Source of the DNA: Hyphochytrium catenoides
Taxonomy: Eukaryota; Protista; Hyphochytriomycota
Assembly (NCBI GenBank): GCA_900088475.1
Contig: FLMG01004519.1
Span: 1 to 32,182 of the forward strand
Reading direction: 5' to 3'
Length of the DNA stretch: 32,182 nucleotides
In this document: positions 1 through 11,500 of the stretch, one piece after another
Layout of the letters: each line of letters begins with the position of its first letter
Position numbering within the stretch: position 1 is the stretch's first letter
Program-made: the position numbers and the translations under genes
The notes under the pieces: generated by a model
Told to the model about the DNA's origin: nothing
Database searches by the model: none
The model's input: the letters and a program-made list of their open reading frames with translations, nothing else

Positions 1-200
1 GGAGCCAAGGAGATCGACGGCAGGTGGGATAAGGACGAAAGAAGCTAGGAGGACCTTCCTCAAGCTCTTGGCCATGCCTGTCTGCAAAGCAATGTCACCA
101 AGTACCGATCTCCCCGTTTATCCGTGGAGATACCCCTGAAGCTTCATGGGCGGCGTTTGGTATCGTGTGGGAGGTTGCCTCAGCTTCTCATCATAAGATA

Positions 201-3200
201 ATGGCTCCGAAAGCCAGGCGCAAAGCTTCTGGCGCTAGCGCGACCACTTTGCAAGGGGCACGAGCCGCGACGATATTGGAGGAGATCTCTAGTTCTGGCG
301 GGGCTCCTCCTGTGCTTATCTCTGAGCTCTACGCCTTACTGCACAAAGAGCTAGGGGAAAGAAAAGTTATTGACCCAGAGTATTTGGCGGCAGTAGCTCC
401 AAGAGCTTTAGAAACCTCTAAAAGTTGTAAACGAGGGCATCCAGGCAGGATACCAACTTATGGGTCCTACATTGATTGTATGGTCAAAGAGAACACGGAG
501 CCTCCCCCGCTTCTCTCTGCCTCAGCAGCTAGAGAAGTGGCGAGCGAGTATGGTTCAATCCTTATCAAGACCACCCAGACTAGCCTTCAGCTACTGTCAC
601 AAGGCGTACAGGAAGAAGGGAGGCTTAAAGAAGTCATACCGCTTCTTTTGCGCGTGGCATGTCTTTCTGTTTATGCTCTGGACCGCATCCGGAAAGCTCT
701 GAACTGCGGAGAGCTGGCACTGGAGAAGATGGAGTACCAATGCCTAACGAAGTGTGTCGAACATGATGAGGTAAGCCAGGAGTGTCCTTCTTCAGTATAT
801 TTCCAGTGCCATGGCAAACGCCACCCAAAGACCAGAGAAGGGAGAGGCCAAGGGCTGAGCGATGAAAAGGAAACTGAGATGCCAAGACGAAACCCAGTGA
901 CGACCACTAACAGAGAATATGCTATGCTAGTGTTTATCTTGCTGATTGGGCATAGGCTTCGTACTAACACTGGCTGTTGCCCTTCCGTGTTACGGCTATA
1001 GTACTACCTAGGCTGCGAACTCCTGGTGCGACTGAGACACCGACTTACGGAATATCACCATAGTGTGACAGGAAGCCAGAAGCAAGGCGAAGGAGACGGG
1101 CTCAGTAAGCCGCTGGAAATTCTCAGCAAGCTGCCACAAGCAGAGACCTTCCTTCCAGCAACCTTCTCCCGGCTCTGCTGTGGCTACTTGCTTTACTTTA
1201 CCCGGATGCTAGCTTTGGGGCCGCTTACGACGGCGGGCGTTAAAGTAGGCATCCTGGTGTTGATCTCTCGGCCTTGCTGTAGCCGCGTCCTGATTATCTT
1301 CCTTAGGTACTATCACGAGATGTGGTAGATCTCTTCGTGGAACATAGCCAGAGTCTCGCTAAAAGCGGTGAGAAGTCTGCTGCCAAGACTTACCTTGATA
1401 AGATGTTCAAGATTTTATGGAGTGCAGCTTCGGCTGCCACAGCGGCGAAGGTACATATTCCGAGTTTTTTCTGGGGACTGCTCTGTTTCGATTTGCTGCT
1501 TCACTGTCAATACCTCGTAGCTAACACGTCACAAATAGGCAGATGGTATAGACCCATTAGAGCTGCGGCTCGCAGCCTTTCGAATACTAGGCCATCAACA
1601 GACCAACACCTTCCCTTACATCCTGGAGCAGGTATAGTTCCCTTTCGCCCAGGCTTCTTTGCGTATTACTTTGCCTAAGCCTTTCATTTCCTCATCTATT
1701 GCTCCTCGCTAGGCACATCGATGCGGGATTCATGCCGAAAAGCTAATAAAGCGGACACCAGATCGCGAATCAATCATTCAGTTCTATAGAGCTGTTCTTG
1801 GTCTTGCTGTAAGGGACGGAGAGCTGGACTTGGAGAATATTCCTCCTATGAAAGAGAGAAGATGGAAAAATAATGTGAAGGCGACTGTGACTACCTTTAT
1901 TGGGTTTGCTGTTCAGGTACTGCAGGCCGATATTAAACGTCCTGACCCTGGCTTCATGCCCCATTAACCCTTGTCTTTGATACAGACACAATGCGCTCCC
2001 CAAGCCTTTAACGTCCTGGAGCATTTATCCTCCCTCTTGCTGAAAAGTGTAGATCTAGAGGAAGCCCTTGCAGTCCTACTAGCAGTTGAAGATTATATTC
2101 GCGTCCCTGCAAGGAGTTCCTCTTCGTCTATCATACCTTTCTTCTGTAAGTTCCTCCTTAGCGCCCTCCAGTTTGCAACAGAAAGAGCAATGACTCCGAG
2201 TCATCTTTCTCTCGACCAACACTCAAAGACTGCTACAAAGCAGTCCTCTTTTATCAACAATTACTGCTCAAAGATCCTCGATCAGCTCATCGTATGCTCC
2301 GGCATGGAGTCCGTGGCTAGCGCCATTCTTTCGCCTGGAAGTTCTTTGACCGCCCTGCCCAGAAGACTAACAAGGGTTGTCGCGGTCTGGAGAAACGTGA
2401 ACCCTTCCGTGTTTCCTAAACAAAATTCCGAAAAGCTCATTGCCTGGTAAGTCCTGTTACCCTTTACTTTCCTCCCCTGGCCCTTTTTGATAAACCTGAC
2501 TGGTCTCCTACCTCTCCTTCGTGCATGCCCGTCCACTCTTGGTGTTTCCTGACCTAACGGGATTGACTCTTTCATCTAACTTCCATGGGGCGATCTTGCT
2601 TGCCTGCTCATCGACACTGCCTGTGCAGCATCAATAGGCTGGCATTGAGGTTGGAAGACGCAGAACCATCTCAGGTTATGGCTGCTGTGGACAGTATATC
2701 CTCACTTTATCGAGCCAAGGGACAGCTTCTTCACTGGCTTTTGCCGCTCTCAGATGCATCTCTTTATCTGGAGATAGTGCAAGCTTTCCAGAAGTCCTTC
2801 GACGCTCTCGCGAAGTCTTTGACTGTTGCATGTAAGAGTGAAGATGGTGAAAAGAATGGTGAGGGAGACGCGGGCGCCACCCAATCTTCTCTTCTTACCG
2901 AGGCCAATGCCCTTACTGCCGCCAGCTACAATGCTGGGCTTTCTTTCTACAAGCAGAAGGACTTCGAGCAGGCGTCAGCCCTTCTTTCAATATCTTTAAG
3001 GGTTGTTGAGGAATTCTTGCTGGAGAGACTAGGACAGGATAAGACGCTAGAGCAAAGATCTCCTCTTCTTACGATCGCTACTGAGCAAAATCTGCCCTTG
3101 CGCTACAATGTGCTCTCGGCGTGCCATCGCGAATGCGGAGATTGGAAGCAAGCTATGCGAGCTATGGAAGAGGCAGTCTACTGGGATCAGTTACTATCTG

Positions 3201-6200
3201 GAAATAAACTTGACGGAAACAGCAGTTCCTCAGAACACTTGCAGGCATTTGTCTCCTACCATCTGCGGTATGCGCAGGCTTCGTCTTCCGAGTCTACACA
3301 ATCGGCGTGTTCGAGATCTCGGGTCACCATGCCGCGGCCGCAATGCAACAAAAGCGCTAGGCTGCAATGGTTTGTCCAAATTTTCCACAGTTACCTCCCT
3401 TCTGTCGGGGTCGAGAGCCTCGCATCTCGACTACAAGACGTTGCGAGGCAAGCTCAGCAGGAGGAGATTAAGAGAAGAGCACAAACTCAGAACTTTTGCC
3501 CGCTTGAGCCCTTGCCCTCCCTCTTTCGCCTATATAGCAGTCAATATCAACGTTTGCAGAGACAATATCCAGGATGGAGAAACTCCAGGGGACAAACTGC
3601 TCTCCTCCTAACAGCTACGGAAGCTCAGCTAACGCTTCTGCAACTGGTCCAGGAAGCAGGAACTATGACATCAATGGCAACGCTGCATTTGAGAGTAGCA
3701 CAGTCCCTCTTCCAGAGTGTCTCAGCTGCCCTCCATTGTGGAGAGTGTGAAGCTAGCCTAGCGCTGATTGCAGACAAGATCCTGAGTGAGACGTCTGCCG
3801 CCGTAGAGATGGCTAATGACACCTCTCCAGCGAACTCTGAAGAAGTAATAGCGTTAGCCCTGTTGATAGATTGTTGGATGCGCTTCGTTTCTCTGTCCAC
3901 GTTGCAAAAAGAAGAGAGTGATAGAGACGACCTCCGTCCGAGTGTGTCCAGAGCTTTGGACTGTCTTACGTCACTTCTACGGCAGAAGCAGAAAGAAGAC
4001 CGCAGTCCAGCCTTCCCTGCCGACCTCTCCTACACCGTGGAAGAGTTATGGGAAATCCTCGCTTCCGTGGCTAATCTTCTTCAGCTGTATGGCTTTACTG
4101 ATCTAACGGTAAGTAACCTCTTCTTTCTGGAGAGACTTTCTTAGGTAAACCAGGAGCTTGCCTTACTGTTTAGCGAGAGGATTCATCCATTACTGTCACC
4201 ACAACTCATTGAAGACATATGCGTTTGTATCTCCAGGAGCGGTTCTTACTGGATCTCGAAAGTCTGCCGGCAAGGAACGCGCCATGCAGTGGCCTTCTGT
4301 GCCAAGCCGTCAGCGCCCTCCCTACATTGGAACAAGCTGTAAAGGGGGGACACGACTTTCCTGTTACTGTTACAGCTAAGACTTTCAGCGTCATAGAGAA
4401 AGGGCCAAGCTCATTGGCTTCCTGCAGTCATCATGACCTGGTTCAGACATTCCGTAGGACCTTGCTTTGTCCAGCCTCTTTGACACCGAATACACTTCTG
4501 GATGCTGCTTCATCATTCCCAGGAGCCACGGAGAAGCTCACCTCTCGTCTGGAGGCTTTGCTTTTACTGTCACGCACTAAGAGGTCAAAAGAAGAGCAAT
4601 TCCTGGCATTACTAACTGGCGTTAAGCTCGCGGCTGTCGTTTTCCCGTTATCTCTCCTCTCTCGCGTGGAGCTTGAGGACATCCTTGGGCTAAAGGACAC
4701 AGAAGATGCTAGACAGGAGAATGGCGATGATGATGAAGTGATAGAACTATTAGAAGACTTGCACTTAAGTGAAGAAGAATGTAAGGAGACGGATCGTGCC
4801 CTAGACGGACAGCCTGTTGACCTGAAGGGAACCAGGAAGGCACGGAAGGAAGATACCGCAGCGATGGGGCATCTCACCCTACGGCTGTACTCCAGGATTC
4901 TTAACAATGGGTTCACCAGTAGCAGTTTAAAGCTCCTCCACCTCCTTTTGGATCTCCTGCTGGAGGTGTCAGCCCTCTGCAAAGTATATGGTCACTGCCT
5001 GAGGTTCGTACTCTTTCCTCGTCATTGCTCAGCGCCTTTTGAATTCATTTCCTAATCAGTACGAGCTATCATATCTCTCCTGCAATGCTTTACTTCTCAG
5101 GGCCATAACCTACTTGAAATGGGGGCTGTTCCTTTCAAGACAAGCGACGCTCCTCTACTACGAGCTACAATTTTGTCTTCATCTATGCGACATCTATTGT
5201 CAGAGCTGTGAAGCGAAGGAGCAAAGAATCGCTATTCACCTCCATTCCCTTATTAGAGATATCTGGGAGAAGCTCCGACGGAAACCGTTAGGTTCATTTC
5301 TGTCCGCTTCTTTGCTCTACAAACTCCGGATAGAGGTGGCAATCAGTCGTTTGGTGAACGGTCCCCAAGAGCAGCGCCGGACGTGCCAAGCGCTTCGCTC
5401 GTGGGTGGCAAGTGAGCTGCAGAGGCAGAGCGACCACTTTCCGCCGAAAGGAGGAATAGATCAAAAACACTCAAATAATGCGCTTAAGCAGCTACACCTA
5501 CGTTCTTTTTTGGACTTGGCAGAAGCAGAGGCGTGTCTCAAAGAGGCGGAGGATGACGGGGAACGACTGCCCGGAATAGCTGATAAGAAGCGTCTTCGTT
5601 TAGTCGACACGGCGCAGCGTATACTCGAAGATGTATGCCAGAAGTGGGAATCGCTGGCTCAAGATGTCAAACTTCAAGCCTATAGCCTGCTCTGCTATTT
5701 TGGCCGCATAGACAGCAGCAGAAAGGAGAGCATCACTCGTTTAGTCCCTTGGGGTGGCTCTTCATGCTCTCTTGTCCGCTCTTTGGTAATCAAGACAGTA
5801 TACCAAAGCTTAGCTGAGAGTCTCTTCCGGCCAAACGCCGCAGCTTCAACCCGAACCCTAACTGCCCTCCTCCACGCAAGCATTGGAGTCTCGTACCGGC
5901 TGACGAAAGAGTACCATGCCTATTACCATTCCTCCTCTTCGGAGGTGGTAGCTCTGAGACGTCTTTCCAATACCTCTACCTCCCCTGCCGCTTCTCTCCC
6001 TACAGCGGGAAGAACGAAAGGCAACACCACAGCCACTTTCCAGGTGGAAAGAGGGAATGAGAATGTCGGTATTTGCTGGGAAAAGGACGCAATAGAGGAA
6101 TTCAGTCAAGTGATAGACAAAGTCCCATCCAGCTGGACAGTTCTTTCTCTGTCTCTCTCCCGCGATGGCTTGATTGTCTCTAGGGCCCAGGTGAGAGTGC

Positions 6201-8451
6201 ACTACCCTTCTCTCCGACCCAGATCTTTTTCTTGCTTACCCCGTTCCTATCTGCTAACTCGATCAATCAGCGCTTCAAGCAACCACTGGTACGGTTGCTC
6301 TCTAATCCTGAGAATGGAGGTAACTCAGTCCACAAAATGCTAGCAGAGTTCCAAGAGCTGATGGAGAGCAATAGGTAGTACTGTCTAGTTCGCTGTGTAT
6401 AATAGGTCCAACTGTTGGCTGAGTATTGCTTGTTATGGTTGCTTTAGAATGTCTCTGGAGCGTTGCACTATGGCTGAGGCAGCGACCTGGAAAGCTAAGG
6501 ATAAACTCGCCTGGTGGAAGACTCGAGAAGCACTTGATAACCAGCTTAAAGACCTGCTTTCCCTGGTCGAGGTGGTGTTTCTCTTGATATCATTATTTAT
6601 CCTTCCCTTGCTTTGACAGTTGATTATTGTAGGCGAAGGTATTTGGCGTGTGGCATGTTTTGTTAATGCCTGATCCTGCATTAGACGCTGCTATTGAACG
6701 CCAATGGCACTTCCTGCTGCCTGCACTGCGTGAAGGGTTGCGCAAGGAGATGAGAACTTTAGATCACAGTGAGGTAGGTGCCAAAACTTGGAATGCATAT
6801 CCACCTCATCAGGCTCTGGACTGTGAAAAAGTCTGCTCCATGATACTCCAAGGGTTTGGGAGACCCTGCCTCTAGTGTCATCTCTATTTTTCTGTCCTAC
6901 TTCTCAGTCTAGAGGTACTTACTAGGTCTTCTCATCACCGTGCTCGTCCATAAAGGCCGACGATGCAGTTATTCTAGAGCTCCTGCGCCTCTTTACCTGC
7001 CAACACGTTGCCGGGAGAATAAACGCAGCGGAGCTTGCGGATGGCGTGTCACAAGTCCTTTCACCTTATTTTGCCACTGACACGTCATCCCCCGCGCAAG
7101 TTTCTGGACTTCAAAGGCTTCATACCTACATAATGGCAGAGATCAACCGGGCAAAGTCATCTTCTTTTACTTGCCCTTCCTCTCCATCGTCTCTTTCTAC
7201 CAGCTTAGGGTCTTCTGCGGCTCCCCTTCCTGATTTTTCAAAGTTAAAGGTGGTAGAGCTAAAGGCGGAACTAGCAGCCCGCGGTCTGCCAACCAATGAC
7301 CGCAAGGCGGTCTTGGTGCAGCGGTTGATAGACTTTGAGTTGAAAAAGCAAAAGAGCAGTCTGGAGGATAATCAGGAAGACGTAAAAACAGACCACAACG
7401 AGACTGAGGATAACCCTAGCGATGCCCAGCTCATTCTAGTGATAGATTCGGAACTCCATTCATTTCCTTGGGAGAACTTGCCCTGCCTGCGAAATACAGC
7501 GGTCTCTCGTCTGCCCAGCATCTCATTTCTCCAAGCAGCTAGTCAGCGACTTGCTCTAGCTAAACCCTTCAGGGGTCTTTGGAAGAACTCTGCGCTTATC
7601 CTCAATCCCAGTGGAGAACTAAAAGGCACGGAGGAATCGCTTCAGGGAATGGTTAGACAGGTCGAAAAGGAAGGCGGACAGGCATGGATTGGAACTGCGC
7701 CTTCCGCTACAGATTACATGTAAGTCTCTGTTTCTTTCTGTTTGCTTCTTATGTGTGAACAACGGCCTTCGCGGTTGCTTATTTGGGTTGTTCCATCTGA
7801 TCCTTGCCGCCATTACTCGTCCTCTATTATGTCCACAGGGACTTGTTGCAAGATTCTTCCTTATTTATTTATTGCGGACATGGTGGTGGAGAGCGTTACC
7901 TCCATCGAGATAAGCTTAGAGAGCTGAGACATGGGGCTGTGACTGTGCTCATGGGGTGCAGCAGCGGTAAACTCAAGGTACAGGACGAGAATCTCATCAC
8001 TTCAACCCCTTGCTTATGTGTGAGCTCACCTAAAAAGTGCCGTTGAGTAGCTTTTATCAGTCTGTTCACTTAGTCTTACGCCGTTCTTCCCTGCTGCTTT
8101 ACTAAGGCTGAATTTGGTTACGAACCATGGAGCGTGGTTGTCTCACACTTAGTGGCTGGTGCTCCAGCTGTCATAGCAAACCTGTGGGATGTTACAGATA
8201 AGGTAACATCAAGCATCCACTTTCTTGAGCTTGTTCTCACCCTTTCCTCCTGCAAGAGGTGTCGCTTATTTTACTGACACACTCTGTTCAAATGACAGGA
8301 TATCGATAAGTTCTCTCTGTCTTTATTGTGTGGACCGCAAGGCAGTCACAAGACACTTATTGGTCGACTATTGTTTGCTCGGGACCAATGCCGCTTGAGA
8401 TATTTGAACGGCTGTTCTCCCGTCTACTACGGGTTGCCCATCACTCTATAG
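201..8451 (+). CDS. ESP1: Separase (separin, peptidase C50), multi-exon, with long N-terminal helical region
   Basis: ATG at 201 (MAPKARRKAS). First intron is 771-1001 (GTAAGC...TACTAAC...TAG). Spliced C-terminal exons give the separase motifs WWKTREALDNQLKDLL, LILVIDSELHSFPWENLPCL..VSRLPS and ILNPSGEL..TE. Catalytic His is in YCGHGGG (CAT 7879-7881) and catalytic Cys in LMGCSSG (TGC 7957-7959). Further motifs are ANLWDVTDK|DID (intron 8203-8298) and SPVYYGLP, with TAG at 8449-8451. Middle exon boundaries were not all verified. Confidence 0.93.
7235..7336 (+). other. SAP (SAF-A/B, Acinus, PIAS) DNA-binding motif inside the separase coding exon
   Basis: FSKLKVVELKAELAARGLPTNDRKAVLVQRLIDF fits the SAP consensus (L-x-V-x-E-L-K-x2-L-x2-R-G-L-x4-K-x2-L-x2-R-L). 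It lies in the same open frame as the downstream FPWENLP separase motif. Confidence 0.88.
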
Positions 8452-8504
8452 TAAAGGACAAGCGTGCGGAGAGAGATTGCAGATTGAACCGCTGGATGTA
8501 ACCT

Positions 8505-8510
8505 AATAAA
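8505..8510 (+). promoter_or_regulatory. Candidate polyadenylation signal (AATAAA) for separase
   Basis: AATAAA begins 54 nt after the separase stop, inside the 120-bp gap between two convergent genes. Confidence 0.35.
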
Positions 8511-8571
8511 TATTCTGCTATTGCACAACGTACGTCCAACTAATGTGGGACATCATTTATCCTGAGACTGC

Positions 8572-11500
8572 TCAGACAGCTGCTGCGCTAAGCCTGTGGT
8601 GTAGCCAGGCGGCGTACACGCCGAAGTCGTCTGGGCTAGTCGCTAGAGCGCTTAACGACCTCAAGGTTTGGGAACGAGGTTCTGCGTCTAGTGCCTCAAA
8701 AACACGGGAAGAAGAAAGCAAAAGTAGCCAAGAGAGCATTGGTTCAATGGCATAACGCTCCTCAATCATCTTCGCAATCTCCTTGACCAGAGGAGAAAGA
8801 AGGGAGAGAGGTAGAGCAAAAGGGCAGGGCCCAGTCTCTTTTAAGAGAGCACCAAGAAGCTCTCTATCTAGAGGCTGATCCCTCAAGACAAGTGCGTAGG
8901 CTTTCTCTACCTTTCCCGAATGCAGTGCCCTCCACAGCTTAGGGTTCTTTGCAGCTAAGAAGTGAACGGGATTCGTCTTCTCTCTCCCATTCAAGGCCTT
9001 GACTCCAGTCTCACTCGTCCTATCCTTAGAGACTTCTTCTTTTTCTCCGTGCCTCTTGATCGGTTCAGCTCGTTTAAGCTTGCCTTTCCTACTTAAAGAG
9101 CCGCGCGTAGACTGACCGGACTGTCCCTTATTCTTCATAAACCCAGTTCTGTTACCACGTTTCGCTTTCATTTGTGCTGCTATGCCTGGTTGCTTGTGCG
9201 TTGGCAAGTTCATCTCACCCTCGTCATCCGTGGTGGTATGAGGAGCCATAGAAGAGTCGACCATGCTCGTGGCTCGCCCTCGGTGGTTTGTACGCCCTTG
9301 CATCGCCTCCGCAGTCGTTTCGTGGTCGGGAATTGAAGCGCTTCTTAATTTGCGTTCATGTAAGGTTCTTCCGTCTCTTCGTGCTGCTTCTAAATTGCCA
9401 GTGTCATCTGCGTTTTCTTTGGCAACGGCAGTGTTGCTATTCTCTTCCAAAACTCGGGTTTGGCTCTTTCGCTTGAGCTTCTCTGGTGCTGTCTTGGCCT
9501 TAGCTATACTTGGCAAGCTTGAAGTGCCCTCAAACTCTTCCCGATGCTTCTCATCATCCGGAGACTTTGAGGTCGACCTATCCTCTTGATTGAGAGCTGT
9601 GCCCGATAACTCGTTTTCTCCCTTTTCATCATCCTGTGTGATGCCTGTGACGGACGGCCTTTTGACCTCTACAGCTTTCCCATTGTCTACTTCATAGAGA
9701 GGAGATGCTTTGATGTCTCCTGGTCCCTCCTTCTGAGGGTCTTTCTTGGAGGAACTCTCCGCTTTCACGCCGCGAACTCTGTCGTCCTTCTTTTTCCCTC
9801 TTTGCTTACTGCTCTGTACCTCTTGTGCGGTTCCTGGCGCGATATTCATATCTCCAGGTTCGGAGAGGACAACGCCAGCGTCTTCCTCATGGTCTCCGGA
9901 GGGGGTGACGTTGGAAGATGTCGCGTCCAAAGGAATACCAGGAGCATCCAGTTCTGACGCTGGAAGTGATGGGCTGATATGGATGGCCCGGGCGGGGATG
10001 GACCCCTCTGAAGGTTGTTTGGGTAAGGTGCCTAGAGGATGTGCTGTGTGAGGTTGTTGCGCCGTAAAGTTGATAGTAATATTGTGTTCTTGGTCCTGGT
10101 CGCTCCTCTCAGGCGATGCCTCATCCCCACTGTGCCCATCCCCCGCAGGCGGAGGTGCGCTCTCGTCTCCAGCATGAGGCTCTAGAGGGCCCTCTACCTC
10201 AGCAGCATCGTCCTTAACGTTCTCCGCGTCATCCTCCGGCTCTAGAGGTGGGGTGGTTGGCAGGGCGCTCTTTTTCGAATCCTTGCTGAGCAGAGCATCA
10301 GCATCGTGGGGTAGAGCGATAAGGATGTGGGGATCCCCAAAGCTAAAGAGCCGGCGCTTCTTCTCTGCCGACTTCCAAGGTTTATCTTCTCTGTCTCTAT
10401 CTTTTTCCTTATCATGTTCAGTTCTCCTTTCCTCCTTTCCCCGTTTCGGAAGGTTTGCACGGCCTCCAGCACTCTTTAGCAGCGTAAAGTTCTCTCCAAT
10501 GGACTGGTGACTCAGGCTCTCGGAAAGTGTTAGGGGTTGAAGAGAGTAGGAGTGTAGAGACTCTTCTAACCAAGCTGCCGCTACTCTCACTGGCGAACTA
10601 GAGTCTCGTTTACCTATGGCAACTGCATCATACAGCCTTATCTGCCGAATAGATTGTTAGTCATAAGGGGCTAAACCGTCAAAACTTAGGCGAGAGTAAA
10701 AGCAACTAAGCAATGATCCTAGAAGGCCACAGCGTGGAGGGATTCCCAGAGACATTGACAACAAGGCAGGAGAGGGGAGCGGCCAAATGTTTGGCCTGTT
10801 AAAGCGAATGCTACAATCTGAGATTGCAGCAAATGCATATAAGCAGAGAATTCAGTTGTTGAAGGGTCCGCCGTTAACTAAGGTGGACTGACGGAATGTA
10901 GACTGGGCAACTTGACTGTTTACCACTTCTCGTTCCCCTTTGAGCTGTTCAATGTGGCTCTTGACTAGTCGCCGGAGCATCTCCAGAGCACCTTTCCTCT
11001 GTCTCCAACGCTTTCCTTCACCTGATCCCTTGCCCGCTATTCCTTGGTATCCCGCACCAAGGAGCTCGAAAACAAACGGTTCCAAAGCCTGCTTCAGTGC
11101 TGAATAACCAAGCTCATCCGCTTCCTGGGCATCCCAGAGGCCATGAGCGACGGTAGAATGAAGAGGGCACAATGTTTCTAAGGCCATAAGCAAACATGGA
11201 AGGCACAGGCCAGGATGGGAAAGAGGACAACAGCGAATAGAGCAAACGTGCTCCCACAGAGTGACACGGGCCCCGCCCCATCCTCTCCCCGCTTGGACGC
11301 ATACCTTTGACAGAGCAAGGAGGCTTCCAATGGCTTCGAAGAGGGGTCCTAACATATTTGACGAGTTGGATTTGATGTGGGCCAGGGCAGGAGGCAGAAA
11401 AAGATCCAAAGAGTGTACAAGGCGCCTTGAATGATTTAGAATAAACGCTTCCTGTCCAGCTTCATTCTCGTTATTGGCTTCATGTTCGTCCGTCCTTTCC

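Noticed and set aside
1-75. Minus-strand ATG 75 giving MAKSLRKVLLASFVLIPPAVDLLGS, a possible divergent gene start sharing the separase promoter
   Set aside because: Only 25 codons before the window edge, so it cannot be told from chance.
165-7723. Separate plus-strand ORFs of 278, 519, 278, 434 and 225 aa treated as independent genes
   Set aside because: They are exons (with intron read-through) of the single separase gene, joined by GT-AG introns.
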